From: an uncultured Chroococcidiopsis sp.
Lineage (GTDB): Bacteria; Cyanobacteriota; Cyanobacteriia; Cyanobacteriales; Chroococcidiopsidaceae
DNA: 64,000 bases
Assembly (NCBI GenBank): GCA_964248365.1
Contig: CAXTYC010000004.1
Span: forward strand, 204,453-268,452
Reading direction: 5' to 3'
This document shows, one piece after another, positions 41,312-50,501 of the stretch (its first letter is position 1; each line of letters opens with the position of its first letter). The position numbers were made by a program, and so were the translations under genes. The notes below the pieces were generated by a model that saw nothing but the letters and a program-made list of their open reading frames with translations, was not told the origin of the DNA and ran no database searches.

Positions 41312-41770
41312 ATGTCTCCAGGTCAGGTTTTTGAACAATCAATTCAAATTGGAGCAAGTGCTACAGTTGTAGAGCGATGTATTACAGAGCAAAAATTAAT
41401 GCATCGGTGGCTCAACCCAGCCCTACGTTGCGAACCAGTAGGTGATTGGAGTACCGATGTGGGTAGTCGCAGTCGCTTTGTAATTCAAATTCCCGTTCTT
41501 GCGCCTACGCTCAATAGTGTAGTGATAGAACGATCGCCAGGTCTGATTATTTGGGGTTTTGAAGGATTTTTCACACGAAGCGATCGCTGGGAATGTCAAC
41601 CAACACCCCAAGGAACTAACCTAATCGACCGTTTTGAGTTTGAAATTCCTAACCCTTTAATTCGCATTGGCTTCCACACCTTCGCTCAAAACTGGACAAA
41701 AGAAGATATGCAAGCTCAACTGCGCCGCCTCAAGCGGGTAGCAGAGGAACATAGTGGAACCAGTGGCTAG
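41312..41770 (+). CDS. SRPBCC (polyketide cyclase-like) family protein
   Basis: FEQSIQI, LMHRWLNP, DRWECQP, DMQAQLRRLKRVAE. Confidence 0.8.
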   Translation: MSPGQVFEQSIQIGASATVVERCITEQKLMHRWLNPALRCEPVGDWSTDVGSRSRFVIQIPVLAPTLNSVVIERSPGLIIWGFEGFFTRSDRWECQPTPQGTNLIDRFEFEIPNPLIRIGFHTFAQNWTKEDMQAQLRRLKRVAEEHSGTSG

Positions 41771-41865
41771 ACAAAACCAACATTCGATACTTCTGGTTTT
41801 GAATTCTAGCTTGCATCGCCACTAACCACTTTTCTAACCACTGGTTCCACTAACCACTATCTTTT

Positions 41866-42711
41866 CTAGTCACTGGTTCCACTGGTTCCACTATCTCGTC
41901 CCAATTGTTGCAACAAACGGCGAATGACAGGGGCATCGTCGGCATCGGGAACAGAGGCTAGATAATTCTCAAAGTCGGCAACCGCTGCCAAGAAGCGCCC
42001 CAGTTGGTAGTAAATCAAGCCGCGATCGCGCATTTCCCCCACCAAAGTTGGAAACAACAGCAAAATTCGTTCCACTGCTGCCAAAGCTTTTTCTAACTCC
42101 TCCTGTTGCAGGTAAATAAATTTCAGATTTGTCAGTATCCGCATTAAAAACTGCCGATTACTCACTGATTCTAAAAACTCTGGTTGAAACGGCACTGGCT
42201 GACCATAAATTTGGGTAAGTCTTTCCTGACAGTCTTGGGGAAACATTACCTCGCCCCGATTGAAGGCATCAACGAAAATTTCCATTTCGGGAAAATTTGG
42301 GCGGATCAGGAAATGCCCTGGCATTCCCACTCCCACCATCGGAAAATCAACCCTTTTGGCTATCTCCAAGTAAACCAGTGAAAGAGTAATAGGAATTCCC
42401 TTCCGCCGCTCGATTACCTCATTTAAAAAGCTGTTGCTGGGGTCGTAGTAGTCATCTACATTGCCAGTAAATCCTAAATCCTCGTACAGATATTGATTAA
42501 TAGTTTGAATAATTCTTAAGGGGTACTGCTGGGCTGGTAACTGATCTTGTAATTCTGCTGCCATCGTATCCAAGGCGTTGAGATATTCCTCTGGATCGAG
42601 TTCAGGGCATTCTTCTTGGGCTATGTAAAGGGCTGCCTTGGCTAGATCAATCTGCTCGTCAGGTTGATTAATCTCTTGGTGGAAAGATTGCCGCGCCTGT
42701 AGGAAAGCCAT
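41866..42711 (-). CDS. SirB1/YchA family transglutaminase-like TPR protein
   Basis: GFTGNVDDYYDPSNSFLNEVIERRKGIPITLS, PGHFL, RDRGL. Confidence 0.9.
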   Translation of the reverse strand: MAFLQARQSFHQEINQPDEQIDLAKAALYIAQEECPELDPEEYLNALDTMAAELQDQLPAQQYPLRIIQTINQYLYEDLGFTGNVDDYYDPSNSFLNEVIERRKGIPITLSLVYLEIAKRVDFPMVGVGMPGHFLIRPNFPEMEIFVDAFNRGEVMFPQDCQERLTQIYGQPVPFQPEFLESVSNRQFLMRILTNLKFIYLQQEELEKALAAVERILLLFPTLVGEMRDRGLIYYQLGRFLAAVADFENYLASVPDADDAPVIRRLLQQLGRDSGTSGTSD

Positions 42712-42996
42712 AATTTCAATGGGTGCTGGTTATATAGTGGCACGATTCAAAGGCGATCGCCCTGCCATGCCCGTACTGTTTATAATCGGATGCCACAGCA
42801 TGATCAACAAACTTTGTATTTATCTTTACATAAATTCAAACCCATATTTAGTGGCAAGTGATGAGGGGGAATCAGGGGAGAGAGGGAGAGGGGGAGAGGG
42901 GGAGATAAGAATAATTACGAATGCGCGAATTACGAATTACGAATTATTCTGTTATTTTTACGATATTATTCTCAATGTCAGTAAATTTTAAAATTT

Positions 42997-43425
42997 ATGT
43001 TGATTCGTCAAGCTATCTGCTCAATTTTTCTTTTTACTCTGGCTATCAATTTTGTTTCATTTAATGATTTTGTTATAGCTCAACCATCAAACGATTCAGG
43101 TCAGCCATCTCCTAATTCAGCCCAACCCTCTCCTGATTCGGCTCCTCCTATCCGTCGTTCTCCACCTGCACAACCCGAAGAAGACCAGCGGACTAAGGGT
43201 ATTAAAGACCAAATTATTCAAAATAAGCAAGTTAAAATAATGTGTTCTAATTATTTTAAGAATATTACCTTTGAATCTCTAAGTGATAGCCTGCGGGTGG
43301 ACACAGGTAACAACTTGTGTGCCTATACAATTATTAAAGAAGTATTAGAACCTCAATTAAAGACAGGTAAGATAAGAACTTATGAATATACAGGCGATCG
43401 CGAAGGCGTTATAGTTTCTTTCTAA
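42997..43425 (+). CDS. Hypothetical secreted protein with Pro-rich linker
   Basis: Signal-like N-terminus; SGQPSPNSAQPSPDSAPP. Confidence 0.55.
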   Translation: MLIRQAICSIFLFTLAINFVSFNDFVIAQPSNDSGQPSPNSAQPSPDSAPPIRRSPPAQPEEDQRTKGIKDQIIQNKQVKIMCSNYFKNITFESLSDSLRVDTGNNLCAYTIIKEVLEPQLKTGKIRTYEYTGDREGVIVSF

Positions 43426-43442
43426 AGATTGAAAATCTATGT

Positions 43443-43975
43443 ATGCCCAAAGTAATTCTTCAAATTCCTTGTTATAACGAGCAAGCAATAGGAATTACAC
43501 TTTCTGACCTACCCAAATTCCAGGTGTAAGCTGCGATCAAATAGCTTGCGCTCGATGATGGCAGTAAGGAGAAAACAGTAGAATTCGCTCGATATTTTGT
43601 ATAGCTCATATCATGAATTTAACTTATAATCAAGGGCTGGCAAAAGCATTTATGGCAGGAATAGAAGCTAGTTTAATTGCTGGTGCAGATATTATTGTCA
43701 ATACAGATGCAGATAACAAATACTGTGCTGATGATATTCCTAAACTAATTGAACCTATCTTATTGGCGCCGGCTGAAATAGTCATTGGTAGACGACCGAT
43801 GGGCAAAATAAAACACTTTTATCCTATTAAAAAATTAGGAAGTTGGGTAGTCCGCCTTGCCAGTAATACTAATATTTTAGATGCTCCTAGTGGCTTTCGA
43901 GCTATCAGCCTAGAAGCGGCAATGCAACTGAATGTATTTAATGAATATACCTATACATTAGAAAAGAGGGGCTAG
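43443..43975 (+). pseudogene. GT2 glycosyltransferase pseudogene
   Basis: MPKVILQIPCYNE start, frameshifts/stop at about 43515-43610, then NQGLAKAF...VNTDADN...DAPSGFRA. Truncated at EYTYTLE where STRR-like repeats begin. Confidence 0.8.
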
Positions 43976-44045
43976 GAGTTAGGGGCTAGGGTGATCTCGT
44001 TAGCAGGCGATAGCTGGGTAACGAAGGGGGGTAAATTATTTAATT

Positions 44046-45638
44046 ATGAATAGAAATTTGTTTGCCCATCTTGCGATCGCCCAAATTCCCAAAATTTTGA
44101 CCTTACTTGATCGCAACCCTCACAGCCATACCTATGGCTGTTTTGACCGCAACTTCTGGCATTACAAAATTATCGACTTTCCCAGCGGTATGGCACAAGA
44201 ATTCGTATTGCCCTTAGCATTGGCATACGACACCAAACTGCCAGACAACCCATTCTACCGCCAGCAGGTAATTCCCCAATGGGTCGAGGCTGGAATTCTC
44301 TTTGCTGCCCTTAGCGCCCACGCTGACGGTTCCTGCGATAATTATTTTCCCTACGAACGAGCGAGTGGGGCAGCAGCTTTTTCCCTACTTGCTTGTATTG
44401 ACAGCTACACTCTGCTAAAACTAGACAATCATCAAGCCCTGCATTTTTTTGCCAAACGTGCCGACTGGTTAGCCCATCATCAGGAAAGTGGACAACTCAC
44501 CCACCACCAAGCCCTAATTGTCCTTTGTCTAGAATTGCTCTCAAACTTATTACAAACATCAAAATGGGACAAAGCAAAAGTCCAGCGTTTGGAACAAGTG
44601 CTATCTTGGCAAAGTTCTGAAGGTTGGTTTCAAGAATACGAAGGCTGCGATCCTGGCTACCACACTCTTACTATATCCTGCTTAGCGCGAATTTATCAGT
44701 TAAAACCAGATATCAGAATCAAAGAAGCGTTAGTCAAAGCGGTTGAACTAGCAGCTTACTTCGTCCACCCTGATGGTTCTTATGGTGGGGAATATACAAG
44801 CCACAATACCTACAACTTTTTTCCACATGGTTTTGAATTAGTTGGGCAATGGATGCCTGATGCACTTGGGATTAATGATGCTTTTTTAACTGGATTAGCT
44901 GTTGGGCTAGCACCATGCTACAGCGACGATCATATTATCGGGCATCATACTTGGAATTATTTACTAGCTTGGCGGGATTTTGTGCCTACGCGTCCTCTAC
45001 CTAAACCCCGTTCCACTGGTCTTATTTGGCTACTAGAGGCAAAAATCTTGATTGATCGCCGCGAAGATACTGAACTTTATCTAGCGTTCAATAAAGGTGG
45101 TGTATTTAAACTTTTTCGAGACAATCAATTAGTTGCTTCAGACACACAATTTTCTCTGTGTGTGCGTGAGGGTAATAAGAATAAAAATGCTGTTGGTCAT
45201 TTGGTGGGAGATTATAAATTTAGCGTTAATGACAACAAAATTTCTATTGCAGGTCAACTTGGCTGGGCAAAACAAAAGCAAATGACACCACTCAATTTAT
45301 TAATATTGCGAGTTGTCATGCTTACCTTCGGGCGTTTCTTTCCTAATTTAATTCGTCAGCTACTACAAAAAGCCTTGTTTGTTGGTAAGAAAGATGCACC
45401 CTTCAAATTTCGTCGCCAACTGCGGTGGAAAAATGGACACTGGTATGTAATTGACCAGTTACAAGCTCATACTTGGAAAAATGTCACTGCTGTGGGTATT
45501 GGCTGCGATCAAACTTCAATTTATGTGGGAATGAGTCGGACTTTTCAAAAGAGCCAATTACAACCCTGGCTTGACTTAACTGAGGAAGTTAAAAAACTGG
45601 CTCCTGGTGAATCATTGAAATTGGAGCGTCATTTTTAA
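44046..45638 (+). CDS. Hypothetical protein, possible (alpha/alpha) toroid of a glycan-modification cluster
   Basis: 530 aa; YGCFDRNFWHY, GWFQEYEGCDPGY; lies downstream of the GT2 remnant. Confidence 0.65.
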   Translation: MNRNLFAHLAIAQIPKILTLLDRNPHSHTYGCFDRNFWHYKIIDFPSGMAQEFVLPLALAYDTKLPDNPFYRQQVIPQWVEAGILFAALSAHADGSCDNYFPYERASGAAAFSLLACIDSYTLLKLDNHQALHFFAKRADWLAHHQESGQLTHHQALIVLCLELLSNLLQTSKWDKAKVQRLEQVLSWQSSEGWFQEYEGCDPGYHTLTISCLARIYQLKPDIRIKEALVKAVELAAYFVHPDGSYGGEYTSHNTYNFFPHGFELVGQWMPDALGINDAFLTGLAVGLAPCYSDDHIIGHHTWNYLLAWRDFVPTRPLPKPRSTGLIWLLEAKILIDRREDTELYLAFNKGGVFKLFRDNQLVASDTQFSLCVREGNKNKNAVGHLVGDYKFSVNDNKISIAGQLGWAKQKQMTPLNLLILRVVMLTFGRFFPNLIRQLLQKALFVGKKDAPFKFRRQLRWKNGHWYVIDQLQAHTWKNVTAVGIGCDQTSIYVGMSRTFQKSQLQPWLDLTEEVKKLAPGESLKLERHF

Positions 45639-45761
45639 ATTTGGGTGAATAGACTTTTTGTAGAAGTCGGGAAAAGGTAAAAGGTAAATACAACAGGTTT
45701 AACTTTTAACCTTTAGCTTTTACCCTTAACGCAGTAAAAGAGACGAGTCTTGAGGTCTAAT

Positions 45762-45922
45762 TCACATATTGCACTAATAACCGCCCAAAACTTAACTTTT
45801 GGGCTAATAGCTCCAAGTCCATTGAAATGGACTGCAACCAATGTTAGTCTTCTTAAGAAGACTTTGGCTTAGAGCGTGCTAATTAATTAGCAGGCGGACT
45901 ATGGGATAGGTGCAAGATCTAA
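45762..45922. mobile_element. Multi-hairpin non-autonomous element (MITE/PATE-like)
   Basis: Imperfect termini TTGCAC/GTGCAA; internal palindromes GCCCAAAA..TTTTGGGC, AGTCCATT..AATGGACT, AGTCTTCTTAAGAAGACT, TGCTAATTAATTAGCA. Confidence 0.6.
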
Positions 45923-46338
45923 GCTAATAAACCTCTGTGCCGATCGCTCTAAACCCCTTACTAGGGGGGGGTTAGGGCGATCGCTTTGTCAGATTTGATT
46001 TTTAATTAAATCTACTTAGGATAAAACGACTAATTTACCTGGCAGTTAGCCTGCTAATTATGATATTAATCTACTGAGGAATTGATTTTTCATAACTAAT
46101 AAAATTATGCCAAAATTGTAGGTGAAGCTAATCGTTTGATTTTGGCAGCAAGTGTTCTGAATATGGTATTGCTGTCAAAAATGGGTGGACATTGCCAAAG
46201 CCTATTTTAGGAAGCAGCGAGGACACTTTGATGGTTCATTGTCGCTGTCTTTGGTTGTGTTTGAAAAAGCCTGTGATATGTTGTCGCTGCTGCAATGGCA
46301 GAGAAACTATATATGTCAGGTAAAACTGATATAGGCAA

Positions 46339-46378
46339 TTGTCGCTTGACAAATTAAATGACCATTTGCCCTGTTTGT
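46339..46378. repeat. 40-bp perfect direct repeat, copy 1 (copy 2 at 47158-47197)
   Basis: TTGTCGCTTGACAAATTAAATGACCATTTGCCCTGTTTGT at both sites. Confidence 0.9.
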
Positions 46379-46754
46379 GTGAATATAGAGCCAGAAAACG
46401 AGTTTCAAGGGCGAGGCGATCGCGCTATGAAGTAGCTTCGAGTGTACTTATTGAAATGGAAGCGGATTGTCTTAAAGATCAAGACGGCTGACAAAGAGCA
46501 GTTTTAGGCATATCAGGTAGATCTGACAAATAATTTATCAAGCGGTCAAATAATTTGGCAAATAATAGATTCCCTTATTTTTTTTAGTCTTTCCCACATC
46601 TATCTTTTGAAATAACTTTTAACTAGATTATTTGGCTTTGCTTTCTGTCTTTTTGTAGTCGTTTACCTTTGTGGGAAGTGTTGTAATTCCTAGAATAGTA
46701 ACTCAATCTGTATATTGGGTAACAATACTCTTTTGAAATTTTTAGGAGATTTCT

Positions 46755-46979
46755 ATGACATCAGCAAACAATGATCCAAATCCTGTGGCATCAGCAAAAA
46801 CAGATTCTGAGACATCAGCAAACAAATATCCTGAAAACCCATCAATCGATGAGTCAGAAAAGACTAGCCTTGAGGATTTGAAACAGGACAAAGGTGAGGT
46901 ATCGCTCGACTCGCATCCCAGCAAAGCGCTGGGTGAGCTTCTGACAGGAAAGGATGAATCTAGCTCAAGCGACGCTTAA
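46755..46979 (+). CDS. Small acidic, probably disordered protein
   Basis: 74 aa rich in S/D/E/K; AGGAG RBS; TSAN repeated; hairpin downstream at 47036-47063. Confidence 0.65.
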   Translation: MTSANNDPNPVASAKTDSETSANKYPENPSIDESEKTSLEDLKQDKGEVSLDSHPSKALGELLTGKDESSSSDA

Positions 46980-47135
46980 TCAAAGTTGGCGTTCTGGTAT
47001 TAGGATAGTACAAAAACTAGGCAGTACATACTTGGTGTCCCTTGGCGAATTTGCCAAGGGACATTATAGCAATCCCCAGCGCCTCCAGCAAAAAAAGTGG
47101 GCGATCGCCCCGACAGTTCCCTATATGTAATAAGA

Positions 47136-47159
47136 AACCCCAGTCAACTGTCTGGGGTT
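47136..47159 (-). terminator. Probable terminator of the HCP gene
   Basis: AACCCCAG-N8-CTGGGGTT stem followed by a T-rich tract on the minus strand. Confidence 0.5.
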
Positions 47160-47219
47160 GTCGCTTGACAAATTAAATGACCATTTGCCCTGTTTGTTTC
47201 AATTCTTGAACGACTAAAT

Positions 47220-47711
47220 TTATATTTCAGCACCTGGCGCTGGCTCGGCACCCATCGGCGCTACATAGTCACGGAATAGAGTGATTTGCTGCTCAAAGTC
47301 AATTCCCTTTATTTGGTTCAACAGTTCTTCTGCTTGGGAAGATAGTTTATAGTCAGAAGGCATAGGAATAATCGTACCGTTGTCCATCCCTTGAGATAGA
47401 CGATACCAAACCAGCAGCTTAGTGGTGTCGCTCATTGAGCCATACATCCGAGTGTATTCGGTATCTGCTTTGTTAATCAAGTCCCGTTGAAACTGTAATT
47501 GTTGTTCATGGGGCATTTCTTTGATTTGATTAAACAAACCATCAGCTACCTCAGTAGAAACCGTACTAGCTCCTGGTGCTGCTGGTGTGATCGAGTCACC
47601 CATTTCTTTGTAAATGAAGTAAAACAAAGCTAGCTGTTCATCTACATCTAATTTTTGAAATGCTTGTACGTGTTGGCTGATATTTTGATCGTTACTTTGA
47701 GTGAATGTCAT
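47220..47711 (-). CDS. Helical carotenoid protein (HCP; orange carotenoid protein N-terminal domain homolog)
   Basis: LDVDEQLALFYFIYKEMGDSITPAAPGA, KLLVWYRL, FEQQITLFRDYVAPMG; no OCP C-terminal domain. Confidence 0.92.
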   Translation of the reverse strand: MTFTQSNDQNISQHVQAFQKLDVDEQLALFYFIYKEMGDSITPAAPGASTVSTEVADGLFNQIKEMPHEQQLQFQRDLINKADTEYTRMYGSMSDTTKLLVWYRLSQGMDNGTIIPMPSDYKLSSQAEELLNQIKGIDFEQQITLFRDYVAPMGAEPAPGAEI

Positions 47712-47815
47712 AGCTACCTCTGCTTTGAGAACTTTGAGAAAACTAATTGATACTATTTGGGATATAAAACTTAAAGATGTTTGCTCTTGTCAGCTTTGAT
47801 CCCTATAACTTTTGA

Positions 47816-47885
47816 ACGTTACCAAAGGTACTTCTACGACTTAAACCCACTCAAGACAGAGGTAGAAAACCTGACTGAAGACAGA
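47816..47885 (-). promoter_or_regulatory. Tandem 16-bp boxes plus -10 element upstream of HCP
   Basis: ACCCAC-TCAA-GACAGA (47845-47860) and CCTGAC-TGAA-GACAGA (47870-47885); TAACGT 23 nt downstream on the minus strand. Confidence 0.45.
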
Positions 47886-48123
47886 GGTAAAGTTAATTTA
47901 ACTTAACAAAAACAGGGAAGGATATGTGCTATGTACAACAGAGTTGAAAGTGAGCGGACGTTTAACTGATAACTGGTAACTGGTAACTGGTAACTGATCT
48001 ATCGGGAGTGGGATGGAATAATTTGTAAATTTCATCACTATTACATGAAAAAGCTTCACCTGTAGTGCAAGTTCAAAGCTCATGCCACATACAGCGTTCA
48101 ATAACGCAAGGCGAAGATATCCG

Positions 48124-48609
48124 ATGAACAAAATATACCCACATAGAATAAGGTTACGCCTAATAGCGTTGGTGCTTACAGTATTGCTAACATTGCCCCT
48201 GCTAAATGCTTGTAGCAGATCCCAAGCTTCTGTTCCACCACCTGTTGACGATTCGCGTGTAGGCGCAGTATCCAATCGTCTAAACACCAACCAACCCGAA
48301 GTGAAGAAGGGATTGACAACAGGACAAAAAGTGGCACTTTTAACTGGAGCTGCCGCGCTTTACTACTTGTATAACCAGCATAAGAACTCGCAAGAGCAAG
48401 GACCGCAAGGACAATATTACCTTTCCAAGAACGGGCGCGTCTATTACCGAGATGCTCAACATCGCGCTCACTGGGTAACGCCGCCACCTGCGGGAATTCA
48501 AGTCCCAGAGGCTCAAGCGCAGCAATACCGTGACTTCCAGGGCTATAACAATAGCGCTACAGGACGGGATTTAACTGGTCTGGCTCAGGCTCTGGCTCCC
48601 GCACTGTAA
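48124..48609 (+). CDS. Hypothetical lipoprotein
   Basis: Lipobox LNAC after a hydrophobic stretch; internal hydrophobic helix; QYYLSKNGRVYYRD. Confidence 0.7.
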   Translation: MNKIYPHRIRLRLIALVLTVLLTLPLLNACSRSQASVPPPVDDSRVGAVSNRLNTNQPEVKKGLTTGQKVALLTGAAALYYLYNQHKNSQEQGPQGQYYLSKNGRVYYRDAQHRAHWVTPPPAGIQVPEAQAQQYRDFQGYNNSATGRDLTGLAQALAPAL

Positions 48610-48815
48610 CCATTGATTTGGCTTCTACCTCATATCATGCCCAGATGCGCGGATTGCACCAGTGTTGCTAATGGGTAATTTAAGTCATCTGAGGCATCAA
48701 CCAAGTGAAAATCACCTTTAGTAAACACTTTTAAGCTGCCTAATAGATAGCAAATGTAATAGCAGTACTTTTCTGCGGTTTTGAATTAACTTCGAGCAAG
48801 CTTTAGGAGGAATAG

Positions 48816-49526
48816 ATGAATTTTCTACAAAACATATTTGGTGGTCAGGAACAAAAGCGAGACTACCGAGATTTTGTGAATCGATATGAGCAAGGTTCGC
48901 CTCATGAGGGGTACTCGGACAATGAAGTTTTAAACCGTTACCAACAAGTAACCAGACAGTTACCCCCCGACGTGTATCAGGAGTCTGCACAAGAGGCATT
49001 TAGCCGGATGTCACCCCAAGAGCGGATGCAGTTTGGTCAATATCTTCAGCAGCAAACGCGGCAGCAAAACTATAATTTTCCTGACTTAGATGGAGATGGT
49101 CAGGACGATCGCTATCAAGATCCCAACTATCTTGCCCGCGCTACAGGTCAGATGCATCAGCAGCAACCAGGTCTGCTCGGTCAGCTATTGGGTGGTGCAG
49201 GGAGCGCTTCGGGCAGTCAAGGCGGCGGTGGTGGTAATATATTCAACAATCCATTAGCCAAGGGTGCGCTGGCTGGTATAGCTGCTATAGCAGCTAAGAA
49301 ACTGATGGATAGAGGTAGTGAGGGAAATTACGGACAGTATGACAACGTTCGCCCAGCTAGCGAAGACCCCTATGGCGACCCCGCAGATTACGGACAATAC
49401 GGCAACGTTCGCCCAGCTAGCGAAGACCCCTACGGCGACCCCGCAGATTACGGACAGTACGGCAACGTTCGCCCAGCTAGCGAAGACCCCTACGGCGACC
49501 CCGCAGATGATCCGCGAAATCGTTAG
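48816..49526 (+). CDS. Hypothetical Gln/Gly-rich protein with C-terminal PASEDPYGDPAD repeats
   Basis: AGGAGG RBS; three 20-aa repeats; DLDGDGQDD motif. Confidence 0.8.
   Translation: MNFLQNIFGGQEQKRDYRDFVNRYEQGSPHEGYSDNEVLNRYQQVTRQLPPDVYQESAQEAFSRMSPQERMQFGQYLQQQTRQQNYNFPDLDGDGQDDRYQDPNYLARATGQMHQQQPGLLGQLLGGAGSASGSQGGGGGNIFNNPLAKGALAGIAAIAAKKLMDRGSEGNYGQYDNVRPASEDPYGDPADYGQYGNVRPASEDPYGDPADYGQYGNVRPASEDPYGDPADDPRNR
49327..49509 (+). repeat. Three near-identical 60-nt in-frame tandem repeats
   Basis: ...CAACGTTCGCCCAGCTAGCGAAGACCCCTAYGGCGACCCCGCAGAT x3. Confidence 0.9.
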
Positions 49527-49609
49527 TAACGCAGGCAATTATTTTAAGTGACCAGTGACCAGTGACCAGTGAATCGAAATTGATAACTGATAACTGATAA
49601 CTGGTTTCT

Positions 49610-50089
49610 TTATTCCCAGCGCTCTTGATAGTCCTCGGAAGATGAGGGATCTAATTCCCAGCGGCGATCGTCTCGCTCCTCTAAAATGTCTTGTGTGCGT
49701 AGAAATGCGCGATCGTCCATCTCTAAACCTACAGCCGCGCCAATTTCATCAACAATATCTTGATCGGGAGTAGGGGCTGTTCCACCAACAGCTTCATCTC
49801 CTACTGTATCGGCTTCTTGCCAAGCAGCATCTATATCTCCACCTGTGAGTATTGGGTTATCACCTACTTGGTCATCCTCAATCGAAGCAATGTTTCCCCA
49901 CAGGGCATCCTCGTCGGCTGCTGTATGTCCTGCGGTGGCGATTGTATATTCTGCCAACTCCTCCCTATCTCCTTCACCGATGTTGATTTCTGGTAGATCT
50001 TTAACACCAGTACCGTAAGATTCTGTAACTACCTGCGGCAAATCTTGCGGCTGCTCTGTATTTGCTGCTAAGTCCTTTTTATCTTTCAT
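49610..50089 (-). CDS. DUF6335-like highly acidic protein
   Basis: LTGGDIDAAWQEADTVGDEAVGGTAPTPDQDIVDEIGAAVG, RDDRRWELDP. Confidence 0.75.
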   Translation of the reverse strand: MKDKKDLAANTEQPQDLPQVVTESYGTGVKDLPEINIGEGDREELAEYTIATAGHTAADEDALWGNIASIEDDQVGDNPILTGGDIDAAWQEADTVGDEAVGGTAPTPDQDIVDEIGAAVGLEMDDRAFLRTQDILEERDDRRWELDPSSSEDYQERWE

Positions 50090-50302
50090 AAGTATTAAAG
50101 CAATTCTGGTTGATTAGTTTTTGGTAAGGAGTAGGAGTTTTTGAATTTGTGTCGCGCATAGACCAGGACACCCAGGTGGGCGGGTTTACCGAAGGAAGTA
50201 AAGTGTCCGCGCGCTCGTCGCAAAGCAAAGGAGAAATTTGGGCATCCCTAGTTACTTTCACAATAGCGCGATCGTAACTTGGCACACCTATTCCTAGAGT
50301 TG

Positions 50303-50368
50303 TATCCCTCTAGTCTGAAAAAATCTATCCTTTTGGAGGAAGGAATCTAGAATATTGCTGCATACGCT
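50303..50368 (+). promoter_or_regulatory. Tandem 16-bp boxes plus -10 element upstream of the DUF2267/PfpI operon
   Basis: TATCCC-TCTA-GTCTGA (50303-50318), CTATCC-TTTT-GGAGGA (50325-50340), 22 nt, then TACGCT. Confidence 0.45.
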
Positions 50369-50501
50369 TAGAACAGCAAACAACAACAATGTTGTGTCAA
50401 GGCAAACGGTAGCTTACTAGACGTACCTAGCACTGATAAGGTAATCACCTGTTGCCATTATCAAAACCAAATATTGCAGAAATATTATCAGGAGATCGAG
50501 G

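Noticed and set aside
46160..46510. Decayed coding-like sequence
   Set aside because: Fragmented frames; no family could be recognised
49327..49509. Regular 60-nt repeats as a possible CRISPR array
   Set aside because: No unique spacers; the units are contiguous, in-frame, protein-coding repeats and no cas genes are present
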